The position numbers and the translations under genes were made by a program. DNA of 64,000 nt, from positions 4,265,659 to 4,329,658 of the forward strand of contig OZ316895.1 of NCBI GenBank assembly GCA_973895155.1. Reading direction: 5' to 3'. Below, in pieces: positions 49,564 to 62,640 of the stretch. Source of the DNA: Marsupella aquatica. Its lineage: Eukaryota > Plantae > Marchantiophyta. Each line of letters begins with the position of its first letter. Positions within the stretch are counted from its first letter, which is position 1. Under the pieces are notes generated by a model that had not been told where the DNA came from, ran no database searches, and was given only the letters and a program-made list of their open reading frames with translations.

Positions 49564-51459
49564 TTACTCGTGTTCCTTATATTCTGAGGAGATGCCTGAT
49601 ATCGTCTCGTATTCAGAGCCAGATGAGTTACTATCTCTGCCCGATTCATCCTCCATTGACGTTGATCCATCCTGGGAGGAGTACCCACCGTGAGCGTCCC
49701 CTAGGATCTGGTTGTAGAGTAGGGTTGTGTAGGCCTTGCTGGGTAGTTTGTTGGCAGTTGATGCAAAAAGAGAACCTATCTTTTTCTTCTTCCTAATCAC
49801 TATGCTGGGAGAAGCCCACTCGCTAATACGATGTTTCTTGTTTCCTGTGGTTGGGAAAGGATAGGCTCTGTTTGCGGTGTTTTTAGATTTGTCGTGCTTA
49901 CCATAAGCCGTCAAAGACTCAATCGAGGAGCATGATGGTCTGTTAGCTAAGTTTTCCTCAATACCTATTGACGAGCTGCCAACGTGATTAGGGGAGAATA
50001 GTCCCGGATAGTTGTATCCAGGGAGGAGCAGATGGGAGGAGATATCTTCCCATGGTGACGAGGAAAGGATACCATTCTCCCTGTATGTTGTGACATTTGG
50101 TTGGCTAGGAACTTTTCGCTCCAGCGGATCGTTGGAGGTCCATGTCCGTATCAACTGGATCATCTCTGGTATAGTGGCTGTGGGTTGATTTACGTCTACT
50201 AGGTTCCGGTGAGCAAGAATCGATTGGTATGGGATCTTTACTACTGATGAACATAGACTTAGGGAGGGAGTGAGCAGCAGACCTGCGTGAAGAACATTAT
50301 TATATGTTTGGACGTGGGGACCACTATCTGCAACTGGACTCGGACCTGAATTCATGCTGCTATTCATTGCTCGAGAGAGGAAGTCATTCGTTGTTGACTC
50401 TTCAGCCGGGGGTGGCAACTCATTGGTGAATTCCGTGCCAGAAACAGGAGGAGGAACCGTTCGATGGCAATTGATGCCGACATGACCCAGCTCCTTGCAT
50501 TTGAAGCAAACGAATGGAATGTGCGAGTACTGGACTTGTTGGTGAATGCTGATATCTCGTTCATCCGCTGCTCCCCGCAGATTGATAACAAGGATTTCTG
50601 GTAGTGGTTTGTTCATGTCCCATAAGATACAGGCTCTATCGTGGGGGGAGGAGGAGTCGGCTGATTCCGGACTGTATTTGATAACCTCCCCCATCTGCTC
50701 AAAGACTTGTTTTCCGCATCCTTCTAGGGCTAACTCTCGATATTTAAGCTTGACCCATACTGGCATTTTCCCCAAGTATGGGGTGTGAATGGAAAAAGCA
50801 GGTTCCCAGGGCGCACAATATACATACTTTCTCCCTAGGTAACAGGGAGAGCAGCCTAGGGCCAACATTTTGTGTACTGACAAAACAAAAGTGACTAGAA
50901 AGTAGTTCAGACCGACATACTTGACGTTCTTAAATGTCCACTTTCGTTTAAAGAAAAATTCATCCTGAGCCCATTGCTGGAACTGCTGAAAAGGTGGAAC
51001 CCGACCGGCGAAGAAAAAGAGTACAGCATTGGATAATAGCTCTGCTACTGCATTAGATGGGTTCGTGATACTTACCTCGAGCTGCTTCTTAACCATTGGA
51101 GGGCCTTCCTTCAGTTGGTTTGCCGGGAGAGCACTGGACGTTGAATTGTATGTCGACGTAATTGACCATTTGTTGATTGAGTCCGTCACTTTGTCGATCC
51201 CGGTAGTGGTGTCATTCGTGAGTTGGTCCAGAAGTGCGTCTTGCCTTACTTCTGTCCCCGTGCATGGATCCATCTGTGGTGGTTCTCTTGCCTTGTCCAC
51301 TTCTTCCTGTCTTTGATTGTCTAATCGTGCGCAGACTTCTCCTTCCGCCTTAAAGATTTCACTGAGCTTTGCCATCATCTCTGATTTCTCTATCCCTCGG
51401 ATTTTTTGACTATCTTTCGCTTCCCCAATCCCTTCGTGCTTCTCGTTTCGTCTTGACAA
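49564..51459 (-). CDS. LINE ORF1 (DUF4283/RRM-like plus CCHC zinc knuckle); true start uncertain
   Basis: YFLVTF...PWEPAF...MPVWVKL...CFKCKELGHVGINC, immediately upstream of ORF2. Confidence 0.85.
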   Translation of the reverse strand: MSRRNEKHEGIGEAKDSQKIRGIEKSEMMAKLSEIFKAEGEVCARLDNQRQEEVDKAREPPQMDPCTGTEVRQDALLDQLTNDTTTGIDKVTDSINKWSITSTYNSTSSALPANQLKEGPPMVKKQLEVSITNPSNAVAELLSNAVLFFFAGRVPPFQQFQQWAQDEFFFKRKWTFKNVKYVGLNYFLVTFVLSVHKMLALGCSPCYLGRKYVYCAPWEPAFSIHTPYLGKMPVWVKLKYRELALEGCGKQVFEQMGEVIKYSPESADSSSPHDRACILWDMNKPLPEILVINLRGAADERDISIHQQVQYSHIPFVCFKCKELGHVGINCHRTVPPPVSGTEFTNELPPPAEESTTNDFLSRAMNSSMNSGPSPVADSGPHVQTYNNVLHAGLLLTPSLSLCSSVVKIPYQSILAHRNLVDVNQPTATIPEMIQLIRTWTSNDPLERKVPSQPNVTTYRENGILSSSPWEDISSHLLLPGYNYPGLFSPNHVGSSSIGIEENLANRPSCSSIESLTAYGKHDKSKNTANRAYPFPTTGNKKHRISEWASPSIVIRKKKKIGSLFASTANKLPSKAYTTLLYNQILGDAHGGYSSQDGSTSMEDESGRDSNSSGSEYETISGISSEYKEHE

Positions 51460-54400
51460 TGTGCTTTCTTATGAGGACTAGGCGGCTCTTTCTAGTTTTA
51501 TGTGAATACTCCCTTCGCGTGTCTAGTTTTTCAGTTTCTTCGATCGCTCAGATTGGGATGCAACCGGTCTGGTGTTGTTTCTCATTCGTCACTTTTTTTG
51601 AGTAGTTTTCTTGAGCGTGAATGTGCGATATCTGGATTTGTTGTTTTTTGATTTTTTGTATATAGATATGTATATATTTTTTGCATGGTATCTTGGTACG
51701 TTGTTTTCATCCTGATTGGATTCCTGTCTTTCCAGAGCTTTCTCTATTGTTCTTCTTGTTTTTAGGTTCTGACTGTTCTTTGGGGGACGCTCGTATGTTT
51801 TTGTTGTTTGTTTGGTTGCATTTTTGAAACCTATCTCTTTTTGGTGGCTTCAACTTTTCTTTGCTATCTTCATATCTGACTGGTCTATTCGTACTCGGCT
51901 TGTTTTCATTGTACATTGGTTGATTCTCTTTTCTTGTTATTCTGACTGTTTCTTGTTGTCTATATTCCTGCCCGTTTTCTTGATTGTTCGTCATGTGTTT
52001 TTTGTGTTTGATTGTTTGTTTGAGTTACCTGCGTCGTTTCTGTCTTTCAGCCCCCTTTGAGAACTTTTGATTGCGGTTGACGTCTTTTGGGGTCTCATCT
52101 GCTTCCTGCAATGACCACATATCTTTAGTCTTTAACTTCTCGTTTTCTCGTTTGTTTCTGTTTCTTTTTCCTTCATCTTGTTTTTGGTTCCTGTTTTCGT
52201 ATTTTCCGATCTCAAATGTTAGCGTTTGGTTTTATACGTTTTTCCTTTGTTGGCCGTAGTGACTGTCCATCCGGACTGTCAGTTTCTGAGATCCTTGTCT
52301 GCATTTGTCCTTATTTATATTCGTATTAGAAAAAGACTAGGTGTTGATTTCACTGAATTTGACTGTGCATTGCTTATGCATCCGCTTGTTATGGACTGAG
52401 ATTTAGATACTTATCTGGTGCTTGAATTGGATTGTCTCCGTTGCTTTCGTCGCTCATCGTCGCTCTCGTAGCTCATCTTCTCTTCATTGAACTTGTCGCT
52501 CGCCTATTCCTGATCTCATTGTCGCACTCCATCTCTGCACTCACTCCATCTCACCATCTGCGCCATCGCTCGCTCCCGCCATCCCGCCATCGCTCGCTCC
52601 TTTGTGGACCCGTTCTCATCCCTTACTATTCGACTAGCCAAACTCTTACCCGAAGGGGTGAGTTGTATGGGGACAATCTGAAGAAAGGCAAGAGTGGGGC
52701 TCTCCACAAGTATGTGCAAGTACCCGGCCTCTTGTTCTGTGTGGAGCGTGTAACTTCAAAGCTATTAACACACTGAATGCTTTATCTGAATAACTAAGTA
52801 GCTTTTTTTTATTTTGGAGTTTACATCTTGGACGTGGATAGACCCTCCCTTCAATCATTGCAAAGTTAACTGCAAAACTGACATGATTGGTTAGTGTTGC
52901 TGTACTTGACAAAGCTGTTGGAACTACAGTAGAACCTTCAAGGAAGAAGAACATATTGCAAGGATATGCATCAAAATAAAATGAATTAAGAGAGAAAATA
53001 ATAATTGTAAGTGTGCCAAGCTGTTGCGGAGCTGCGACCTATAGTTTGGCCCATTCTAAAACACACATATTTTAGCTTATTCATAACAAAGTTTAGTCTA
53101 TCTTATGTAAAGTATTGATTAATGTGACTAGTTTCGGACCCCACTAGAGGTTCCTTCCAAAATTCCTGGCACCACAGCGTGCCACGTCAGCAACAACCGC
53201 AACAAACAAGAATGGTCATGTTTGCGCAACGAATAAACTCCTCTCCATCTTGTTTACGTCGCTTTTCGTGTAATTTTATGGACGCCATGCCGTCAAAACA
53301 TAATGTAAAAGTAATTAAAAGTTCATCCAAATCTATTGATACAAAAGGCGAGATTAAAAACATTCACCCATATTCTCTTTACTTAAATTTATAAATGTTT
53401 TTTTATAAAAGTAAATAGTGTTCAACGTAAACAGTAACCGTATTCCTGTGTAACTGCCGAAATAAAACTGTCAGAACAAAAGAAGCACATCAACATTTCG
53501 AAAGGGAGGAAGGCTTTTGATGAAAGTAATGAAAAGAGGAAAGCTCGAAAGGAGTTTCGCCTCTTGAAGTGCAAAGTAAAGAGGAATGTTGGAGAAACAA
53601 AATCAAAAAAGATCAGAAGCCGAATGAAGAAAGGAAAAATGAGAACTGATCGAGGACAGAAAAGAGGCGCAGCACATCTTAATCAGAAACAAATAGATCG
53701 AGCAGAAAGAAGGAGAAGCAAAGAGAATCGATAAGGACATTGACAAGATCGATAAGGACTGATCGACCTCAACTACTCTAGCAGATCACTGAAGCTCAAC
53801 GTAGTAGTCCACTAATCGAATAAAAACAGGTGGGTGTCCACGAACTAATTTATGAAACACTACAAGCTATCATATCATAGTCAAGAACACAAATTAGAAG
53901 AAAGTAAAGGGAAAAAAAGCATATCATTAAGTGAAGACAGTATTCTCAGGGTGAAAGAGGAATTAATACATTCTCAGGGTGAAAGAGGAATACATTAAGT
54001 TGAATGTACAAGTTAGTGCACCTTGTAGGCATAGTATTTTGTGATTAAAATTGAAGTTAAGGGGCTCTCTATTTAGGTAAGGGCTCTATGTTTAGGTGAG
54101 TGACACGTATTGACCTATAAACCACAAGCATTGAAATCCAAACAGTGCATAGTTGGATTGTAACCTAGTTACTTGGTTGAGTTTGGAGAATTGGACTTTA
54201 TCAAGGAATTCTCATGAAAAGGAGGAGTGTATGTAACATAAATTAATCAATTATAAATTAAGAATGGAGGAATAAGCAACACGATGTCATATTAAAACAT
54301 TTGATATATAATTTAGCATATCTAATAAAAATAAAATAAACCAGTCATTACAGTGTATGTCAGAGTGAAAGTCTGGGCAAAAGTGACTCCAACCTAAGTC

Positions 54401-55180
54401 AAGAATTTTAGGACATTCACAATCATCTCTGACTGACTAAGTTGAGCACATACATAAGATCTGAGAAATTAATGTGGCTGACACATCTGGTCAAAGTATG
54501 CATAGTTTTGGCTTAATTAACTTTATTTCATTGGCTGGTTGTTTATAGAGGGGGCAGGGTACTTTTTCATTTTATTTCTGAACTACAAACATAAGGCCAT
54601 GGAGCTTGTCCTTCATGTGGACCCAATGTGACTGGAGTCACGTATTATGAAGCTAAGGAAAAACAATCACAATGTAATTTAACTACTGCAAGGGAAATCT
54701 TGATTAATGATGTATTAACTAAGGTCAAGTATGTAGGCAGCGGACATAGCTGAATTACCTCTGTTTCAAACTATCTTAGTTTGATTGGATATCTCATCTC
54801 ACTGTTCTATTCTTATGTCAATCTCATCTCTCTTTATAACATGTTCAACATATTTGGGTGGAAGCTTTAGGGTCTGTTTCTGTTAGCGAATTTTTATCCT
54901 AAGGTTGGGCATCAACTTAGAGATATTTATAGTTATGGAATCATTAAGTGAAAAGTGTTACTTGAAGGATCCCAAGAGACCCCATGAGTTTTTGGGAGTT
55001 TTTGGGTGCGTTGATTTAAGGTCTATCGATGTCTGGATCACCCTTGGGATCCATCAAACTATGGTTCTTCCACAGGCCGTTACAGCACCACCTCGACACA
55101 GAGACCGTAGTGGCAGGAAGACAGTAAATGATGAATTGGATACAAATGTATGGCCCTAGCATGAGAAGACACTAACAGAT

Positions 55181-55294
55181 AGCATGCAAGGAGATGAGGA
55201 ACTTCCAGGATTGCAGAACTTTAGCGCGCATTACAGGAGCATGCAAGGAGATGAGGAACTTCCAGGATTGCAGAACTTTAGCGCGCATTACAGG
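55181..55294. repeat. Exact 2 x 57-bp tandem duplication
   Basis: Copies at 55181 and 55238. Confidence 0.95.
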
Positions 55295-55666
55295 ACTCAG
55301 CTAAATGTGTGCTGCGCGCATTCATGTATGCAAGCTTGGATTGCTCAATTAAGAGGTTGAAGAAATGTCTCGGCTGCAGGCATCTACTGTATACCAAGCT
55401 ACAGCTTCCATGATCTGCGGAAACGGACCAGCAACAACCATAAGCGTTTGTTGAATCTGGCGTTTGAAGTTTACCCATAGATTGGTCTTTTGGATGGAAT
55501 GAGCAGACTTCCGTCAGGACGAGCCTCTCTGCTAGAATTCCTCCGATGCATGCCCTTGTTCATGTAGTTCCAGGGCAGAATTTACCTATCCTCATACATT
55601 GATAGCCATCGTCGGGGCTAGAATTGATTATTCTTTCGCCCTGATACCCAATCGAAGAGAGTCACC

Positions 55667-56227
55667 ATGACGATCAAGGATGTCTCAGCTCTCGTACATT
55701 TACTACTACTCGCACTAGCAGCTCTAGCAACATTTGCTCTGGTCGATCATGAGGCTCGCGATGAGGTTCCCAGCAAAGAGGCCGACCATCCAATCATAAC
55801 ATTCGACAAGTACAGCGTCTCCATTGCTTCCAACATCTCATTAAATGTCGATATATTGCCCGAGGCAAGAGAGGTCACTATTCTTCCCAGCGGCGCAATA
55901 ATAGAGCCCGTTGGCCCGACGACAGTGGTATTCGATGTGATCGGTGTCGAAATCAACAGTTCAAGCTTGTTCCCTATCACGTTCCTAGTTCCAATTACGA
56001 CGTACATGGACCTTCCCATCACTGGATCCGTCGCCCAGACTCTCATGATTCCCCACGGTACGAGCGTTGCAGTGCAGGGATTGACTACCTCCATCACTCG
56101 AGTGCTCTTCGGATTTTCGCGACAGACTTTCCCACAACTGAAAAAAGTTGTTATTTCCAAAATCTCCCCAGATTGGCCCTTCCCGTTGATCGAGTTGTCC
56201 TCACTTGATATTCCTTCCCTGATTTGA
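55667..56227 (+). CDS. Secreted protein of unknown family (186 aa), paralog of 58474-59349
   Basis: ATG in CACCATG context; hydrophobic signal LVHLLLLALAALATFA; C-terminal domain aligns with the paralog (PITFLVP/PITLMVP, QTFPQL, VISK, LDIP.LI). Confidence 0.75.
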   Translation: MTIKDVSALVHLLLLALAALATFALVDHEARDEVPSKEADHPIITFDKYSVSIASNISLNVDILPEAREVTILPSGAIIEPVGPTTVVFDVIGVEINSSSLFPITFLVPITTYMDLPITGSVAQTLMIPHGTSVAVQGLTTSITRVLFGFSRQTFPQLKKVVISKISPDWPFPLIELSSLDIPSLI

Positions 56228-58473
56228 TCGATCTGATCTGTGTGTGAGTATTTCGATCTCTATCTTCGACTCTAGTTTCTGTCACTTAATTAATGAAACT
56301 TTTTGGCATTTATGGAGTGAAGATCAGACTGAAAAAATTTTATTTGCATCTTTGATCTTCCATTTCAACTTAATTCAGAAAGTCCGATTTTTAAGACTCC
56401 ATCTTTAAGAAAATTATATTAGTTCCGGTTTTTATCCTGCATTAAGGATATCTTGCTTCTTGCATTACTCATACTGTCTATATGTCCCCTTGGAATTCTT
56501 GTGCAGATAAGTCGGCTGTTTGACACCATACTGCTGCATACAGTTCTGTTGCACATGACCTAATTCATCGCTCGCTTGGGTGCGAATGGAAGGTCTGGCA
56601 TGCATCTCATCGAGAAGATTTAGTAAATCGATGACGCCTGAAGTAGAGACTAGTTTCCCATACCAAACATCCGGAGAAAATGAAGACATGCACCCATTCT
56701 AAAATATTTTCGATCTCGAAACAGTGTTTTAGAGAGAGAGATCTCGACATAATTTTGTAAGTTTTAGCGTACAAAAAGGCAATCGCTGGCGAACATTGGG
56801 TCGATGCATGAGATTTAGTTTAGAGGGAAGGCTCTTTTTAAACTAGATTTGGATGTAGCTGTAGAGATCTAAATCTCTGAAACTTTCCATTGTTAATTAC
56901 CGACCGATGTCTTGAATTGAAGGTGGAACCATATTCAAGATCAGATAAATGCTGTACCCTGTAAAGGATCATTCCATCTGCATGCATAAAACCCTGAGTC
57001 AGTGATCATTCTGAAAATCATTAGCTACAACCAGGCACCTACTATACCTTGAATGAATTAATGGTGATGAAAGGTGCGCCTGACAACTTGTTGAGATTAT
57101 GTGGTCTCTTAGATACCGAAGACTCGGTCGTTCAAAATTCTGCTTATTATGGTGGTCCTAACATTAGCAGAGTGGATCGAATGTCCTTTATACCACAATA
57201 TATTATAGGGAACAAGAACGGGCAGGGCCTGGCTGTCGAATTAATGAAAGTCCAATTAAGAAAATTGAGCCGAAGCAAACCATGAAATTCAAATCTGGAC
57301 GAAAGGTCCAAGGCAATTACCCTCCGACTCGTTCAAAATTACGAAATCCATGAATAGTAAGCGCACATCCATACTGAATCCTAAGGATTAAGTGAGCAGT
57401 TCATTGGAAGGCAAAAGCCATTGCCCAACAAGATTCCCAAAATTTACATGTACATTGTGCTCCGCCATTCGTGACCCTAACTGCGAGTTGTGTCTAAACC
57501 TCGATTTATTTAAGACTTCCCCACCCTCGGCACCCGATACAGTCAGAGCTGAACTCCGTACTCACAACTCACTTTAAAGATGTGTAGTAGTTAATAATCA
57601 CATGAGCTGAAACGAGATAATGGTTGTTAAAGTTTTTCTTTGCAACTTTACTTCAAAATAAACAGCCTCACCTAGCAAATGGCAGAAAATTAGAACGGAA
57701 GTATGAAATTATAATGGGTAGAGAAGGCTAGAATCCATAATAGCACATTTATATTTACACTCGAGCCAGCGGACAATTCGACGCACCGTTTTGGCAGCTG
57801 ATTCAGCTGAAGTTTCCGTTTGTTCAGTTCTCCGTTTCTGGTTGGCATTCAGTTTTTCAGTTTCTTGTTCAGTTTGCATCGACACACCTCTACCATCCGA
57901 TCCGATCCCAAGCAAGACGGACTACCCACTTCCGATCCTTCAAGCCAATTGCGGTTCATGTGTGCGCTTCTCAGAACGCCATCAAGATCAAATTCATATC
58001 TTATTAAGCTGACTGAGATGCATGATCGAATATTAAGCATCGACAAAATGTTTCAGGAACTCACAAATTTATTGATCTATTTAGAATTTCGAACCCCTCT
58101 TGACAATTATATATCCCGAATGTCTGTGTTTCTGGGCGTTAGAAATAAGCGCTAAGTGATTTAATCAAGTCAATAAAACAGCAAATAGGGACATTCATAT
58201 ATTTATGTTTACATTGTGTCTCAACCCCACCAGCCAGGTCAGATAATTGTTGAACTGGTAATGATAAAACTCACTCAAGTGAGTAGTATTACTTCCAAAA
58301 TACCGCTTGGAAACAACATATGACAAGCATGGTATGCTGATCCCTGTAACAGATTACTCTTTTTAACCGAACTATCGGCTCATGGAATGCATCTAGATTT
58401 ACCAATTCGCTCTATATAATACTCGTATCTAAGGCATTAAGAAGAGCTCGATCAGCATTCGAGGAAAGTACTC

Positions 58474-59349
58474 ATGAAGATCTCAGGAGCATCCGTCCTG
58501 GCCCTGGCTTTCGTCGTGCTGTGCTCGTCCTCCCCTACGAAGGGGCTCGGTCTTGGGCTCGGCAACGGCCTCGGCCTCGGCAACATCTTAGGGGGTCTCA
58601 CAAATCTCACTAGTCCTCTCCTTGGCAATCTCACTATTCCTATCCTTGGGGGGACCCCAGCAGCGCAGCCAGGCAATGCCTCAGTGGCTCCGGGAGGGCT
58701 GAATCTCCCCAATACCCTCAGCCCCCTCTACAATCTCACAAGCGGGGTCACGGGAACGCTCACCAATGTTACAGGCGGAGTCGTGGCTGGGCTGAATCCG
58801 GTCCTCAACAATGTCACGGGCGCCCTGAACCTCACAAACATTGTAGGCTCCATCAATAACATCACAGGTCCTCTGGTGGATATCCTCGCCAATTTGACGG
58901 GTCCCGCTGCCAACCTCTCCGTTAGCACCAACATCACGGTGGCGGTCTCCCTCAATCTGCCTCCAGCAACAGTCTCCACTCCCAGCATTTCCTTCCCCGG
59001 CAGTATCACCATCGTCCCACTGGGACTGACAGAGGTCTCGTTCACGGTCTACACCGAGGAAGGCAGCAATACATCGTCGATTCCCATCACGCTCATGGTT
59101 CCGGTGCTGTCGTATTTGAATTTTCCAGTCAGTGGCTCCGCTCAGGTGACGGTCGACTTCCCGCTGGACAGCACTCTTTTCGTTACAGGCATCACGAAAA
59201 CCATCAGCCGCCTGTTTTTCGGAGTCTCGTGGCAGACCTTCCCACAGCTTACCAGCGTTATCATCTCCAAGCTTCTGCCTGGCGCTTCACACCCAGACCC
59301 ATTCTACACGCTGGACATCCCTGCTCTAATCTGTAAGGCCTTTACTTGA
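58474..59349 (+). CDS. Secreted Gly/Leu/Asn/Thr-rich glycoprotein of unknown family (291 aa)
   Basis: Signal peptide; GC3-rich intronless ORF; 12 N-X-S/T sequons by manual count; shared C-terminal domain; TATA-like TATATAA about 60 bp upstream. Confidence 0.85.
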   Translation: MKISGASVLALAFVVLCSSSPTKGLGLGLGNGLGLGNILGGLTNLTSPLLGNLTIPILGGTPAAQPGNASVAPGGLNLPNTLSPLYNLTSGVTGTLTNVTGGVVAGLNPVLNNVTGALNLTNIVGSINNITGPLVDILANLTGPAANLSVSTNITVAVSLNLPPATVSTPSISFPGSITIVPLGLTEVSFTVYTEEGSNTSSIPITLMVPVLSYLNFPVSGSAQVTVDFPLDSTLFVTGITKTISRLFFGVSWQTFPQLTSVIISKLLPGASHPDPFYTLDIPALICKAFT

Positions 59350-60679
59350 TCATTTGCAGGGTTTTGTATGTCTACTGGATTGGATTCAATTCAGTTGATT
59401 CGAGCAGAAAAAGTCATTTCTTTTTCCTGGTCTTTGCCTTTTGCTTCTGGCTTCGACGATAATATCAATGTCAGTTTCACAATTATCAAAAACTGGATAG
59501 ATCCACCAACAAGAATTTTATGTTCGGTCACAATCCCTCAGAGTTACATTGGAAGATTAATGTTTGTTCACAAAGCCTTTCGATCGAGGTGCTGCATGGA
59601 TTCAAGAGCAGGATGAGCAAGCTCCCAACTAATGGTTCTCGCTACCGGTAATACTGGAGCCATTCTGATCAATTTCTTTCCTTGCATGCAGAAAGATCGA
59701 AGCCAGTGTGTCCTAGCGAGGAGATTGGCGGATCAATTTTTCTCGAGGCTTCTCTACACATTACTCGACCATTGTGGGACGAAATGGAAACTTTAGACAC
59801 AAAACCGTTGAATTTTGGATTCGAGCAAACCCTTACAATTTCATTCGTGATGCATGGGAGATTCTTCAACCCGAAGACAAACCACACGTGAACATTGTCA
59901 CACGGTTGTATTCATCATCGATCTTACGCGCATGACGATCTTCTTGCGTTGATGTTCGATGAATGGAAGTTCGAATAAAGCTTCCCAAATTATTATTAAA
60001 TAGATTGAACATATCAATTTTTAGACTTCGAATAATTTTAAAGTATCAATTTGAGAGCTATGGATTTGAACCACTGTTTCTAAAATTGTTCGAAGTCCTA
60101 TGATTTGAACCTTTGGATTGGGATTAATATTTTGAAATCAAGGTTTGTCTAGGTAGTGTGACAAGGCTGATCTGAATGTTGACTCGAAGTTCAATCTGGT
60201 CCAGAGAAGTCCATTTATTTTCTTCACACTCTTCAGTACGTTGTACATTAAAATTTATTATCAGCCACAGTAATAGTTACACAAATTGTTACCAAGTGGC
60301 GAAGTGACTGTTAGTATCATTTTTCAAATGCAGTGGGTTTCAATTGAACTCCTGTCAATAGCTCCAGATTATGAAACTGCCGTATGGTCACCTACATTAT
60401 TTTGTCTTATTAATACTTTTTTCTTATGTATTTTTAATTTAATTTGTCTTACCAAGGTGCATCCCTTGTTTGTTTAGTTTAGATTTTGAATTTATTCTGG
60501 CACCAGTCTAAATTTTTTTAGTCTTTGCTATATTTAAGATCATCCCTTTAACAAAGCTCACAGAATTTTAGCCCTTATTCTCATGAGTGGAAATGATCTA
60601 AATAAAGTGCACTCTTGTGTGTTTAAGTTCTACTCATGGTTTTGTATACTAAATTTATGGTTTTAATTCATTTGAGCAT

Positions 60680-60975
60680 CATTACCTAAGGTAAGTAACA
60701 TAAGTATCTTTACTGGTGTCGAGTATATGCACAACCCAATACCATAGACAAACTTTTCTTGTTGGTTATTACTTTTCTTTACATGTGTAATTTTACTCTT
60801 GTATCTTATGTGCACAACTTTTCAATATGGAGTGTCATTACTTAAGGTAAGTGCATAAATATCTCTACTGGTGTATAGTATGTGCACAACTCAATACCAT
60901 GGACAAACTTTTCTTGTTCATTATTACTTTTCTATACATGTGTACTATCTTATGGGCACAACTTTTCAATATCTT
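60680..60975. repeat. 2 x ~155-bp diverged tandem duplication
   Basis: CATTAC.TAAGGTAAGT...GACAAACTTTTCTTGTT...CAACTTTTCAATAT occurs twice. Confidence 0.8.
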
Positions 60976-62292
60976 AGACTCTAAGTCTTCCTAGTCCATG
61001 TCCTCTTTATATTTGCCGTGCAAAAAATTACCTCACCTGCATTTCACTAAAAAGCAAAAAGTGAAGCATATTCCAAGATGAACATGCTATATAGCTATTA
61101 AGTATTTGGGCAAATTGTTTATATTTTTGAGTGAAATGGTGATGGTCCACCAAATTAACACATTCAGTGACAACCTGAGCGAAAACTGTCCTAAAAAACT
61201 AGACATCAGGAAAAGTCATGGGGAGATGCACTGGGGCCACCGAGACCCACCATACATCCCCGGCAGCAATTATACAAGTGGGGGGAATGGGAGGCACCAC
61301 CCTCAAGTCAGCAGTGTCATGTTTTACTTAAACCACTACTACGGGTATATAAGGCAGTCTCGTACACTGTACGGTATTATATGAACTCAACTCTTGCACA
61401 GAGGGAAGACAAAAGGTAACGGGCGGACATCGGGCAGACAAAAAACGAATATACTTCTATTTTTATTTTTAAAAATATTTATTCATTTTTGAAACGGAAA
61501 AAACCCAGCCGTAGATCTCATTGAGATCTTTCTTTTGAGCCCTACATCGCTGTCTGAAATGGACGGACAAGATAGCTAGAGGAAAACCAAAATGGATGGC
61601 TAGGATAGAAGGAATTCAAATTTGAATAGACGGCCCAGATCTTAGGAGTTTGAAATCCACCAATAAGGTCAAAGAGATTTGTTTTCCTTTTTTCTCCTTC
61701 AATACTTCATATTTTTGGCTGGAATTTTTACCATTGGTAGATCTCGGTGAGCTCTTTCGTTTGAGCCCTTGATCGCATCGAATGGTTGAGAATAGGCATA
61801 GGGGCAAATGCAAATCCGACGGCTGCTAAGAGGTGCAGAGAACGCCTCGCGTTTTTCAAGGAGGAGTCAGTCCAGAATGAGCACTCCGCGTAACGCGAAG
61901 CCTCTTATACCCTTAGTAGTGGTTTAATCACCTCAGGTTTTGTTGGAGAGGTCTCCAAATTTGCATACCAAAGTTTCAGGAAGTCTACATTGTGCTTCCT
62001 CTAGAATCTTGATTACCTTTGTGATTTTTCCCTAATAATTTTCAGGGTGTTATAAGGAAAGAATCCACCTTCAAGATTTGGATAAACTCATAATGAAGAT
62101 TGTCTTGAATCATTTACTCAGACAAACCAAAAATCTCTTGGGCCTAGATTATATTAAGGTCCTATTGCCATAGCATCATGGGCAATAATATTTCTCATTG
62201 TAATTTTGAGCCAGAGCATTCTTGGAGAACATGCACCTTCAAACAACAAAGAACTAGTCAACATTGTGGTTCACTTTGGATGAGGATATGTC

Positions 62293-62640
62293 TGTTGAGC
62301 ATAGACGACAATCACACCGACAAGCCCATGAACCATCCAAGCACAAGAGTCGACACAGAGAGATACGTGGTTCACCTCCACGTACATGAGGCTTCATCCA
62401 CAAGAACACACAAGAGCTTTACTGCACTCTAGGCCGACCAGCCATACCAAGCATCCACAACGCAAGCTCTCCCTATCTCTCAACTAGCTCCATAACAATG
62501 AGCCTAAGTTCCTACTCTCCAAACAAACACCGCTTGGTTATAGAGTGTGCACAGCATGACTAACCTAACCAAGTTTGCGACTAAGGTTAGCCTTAAGTAC
62601 GGTACAATCGTAACTCTAGACCTAAGAGTAAATTCTAACA
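62293..62640 (-). mobile_element. Solo LTR (348 bp), same family as 13373-13706
   Basis: TGTT...AACA termini; 5-bp TSD ATGTC at 62288-62292 and 62641-62645. Orientation inferred from the PBS of the 13.4-kb copy. Confidence 0.9.

Larger units (their letters stand above)
43974..52631 (-). mobile_element. Full-length L1-clade LINE (about 8.66 kb)
   Basis: 13-bp TSD GACTAGCCAAACT at 43961-43973 and 52632-52644; poly(A) tail seen as a T-run from 43974; ORF1 and ORF2 present. Confidence 0.95.

Noticed and set aside
53449-54352. Possible solo LTR (TGTAA...TTACA, purine-rich)
   Set aside because: No matching TSD, PBS or PPT found.
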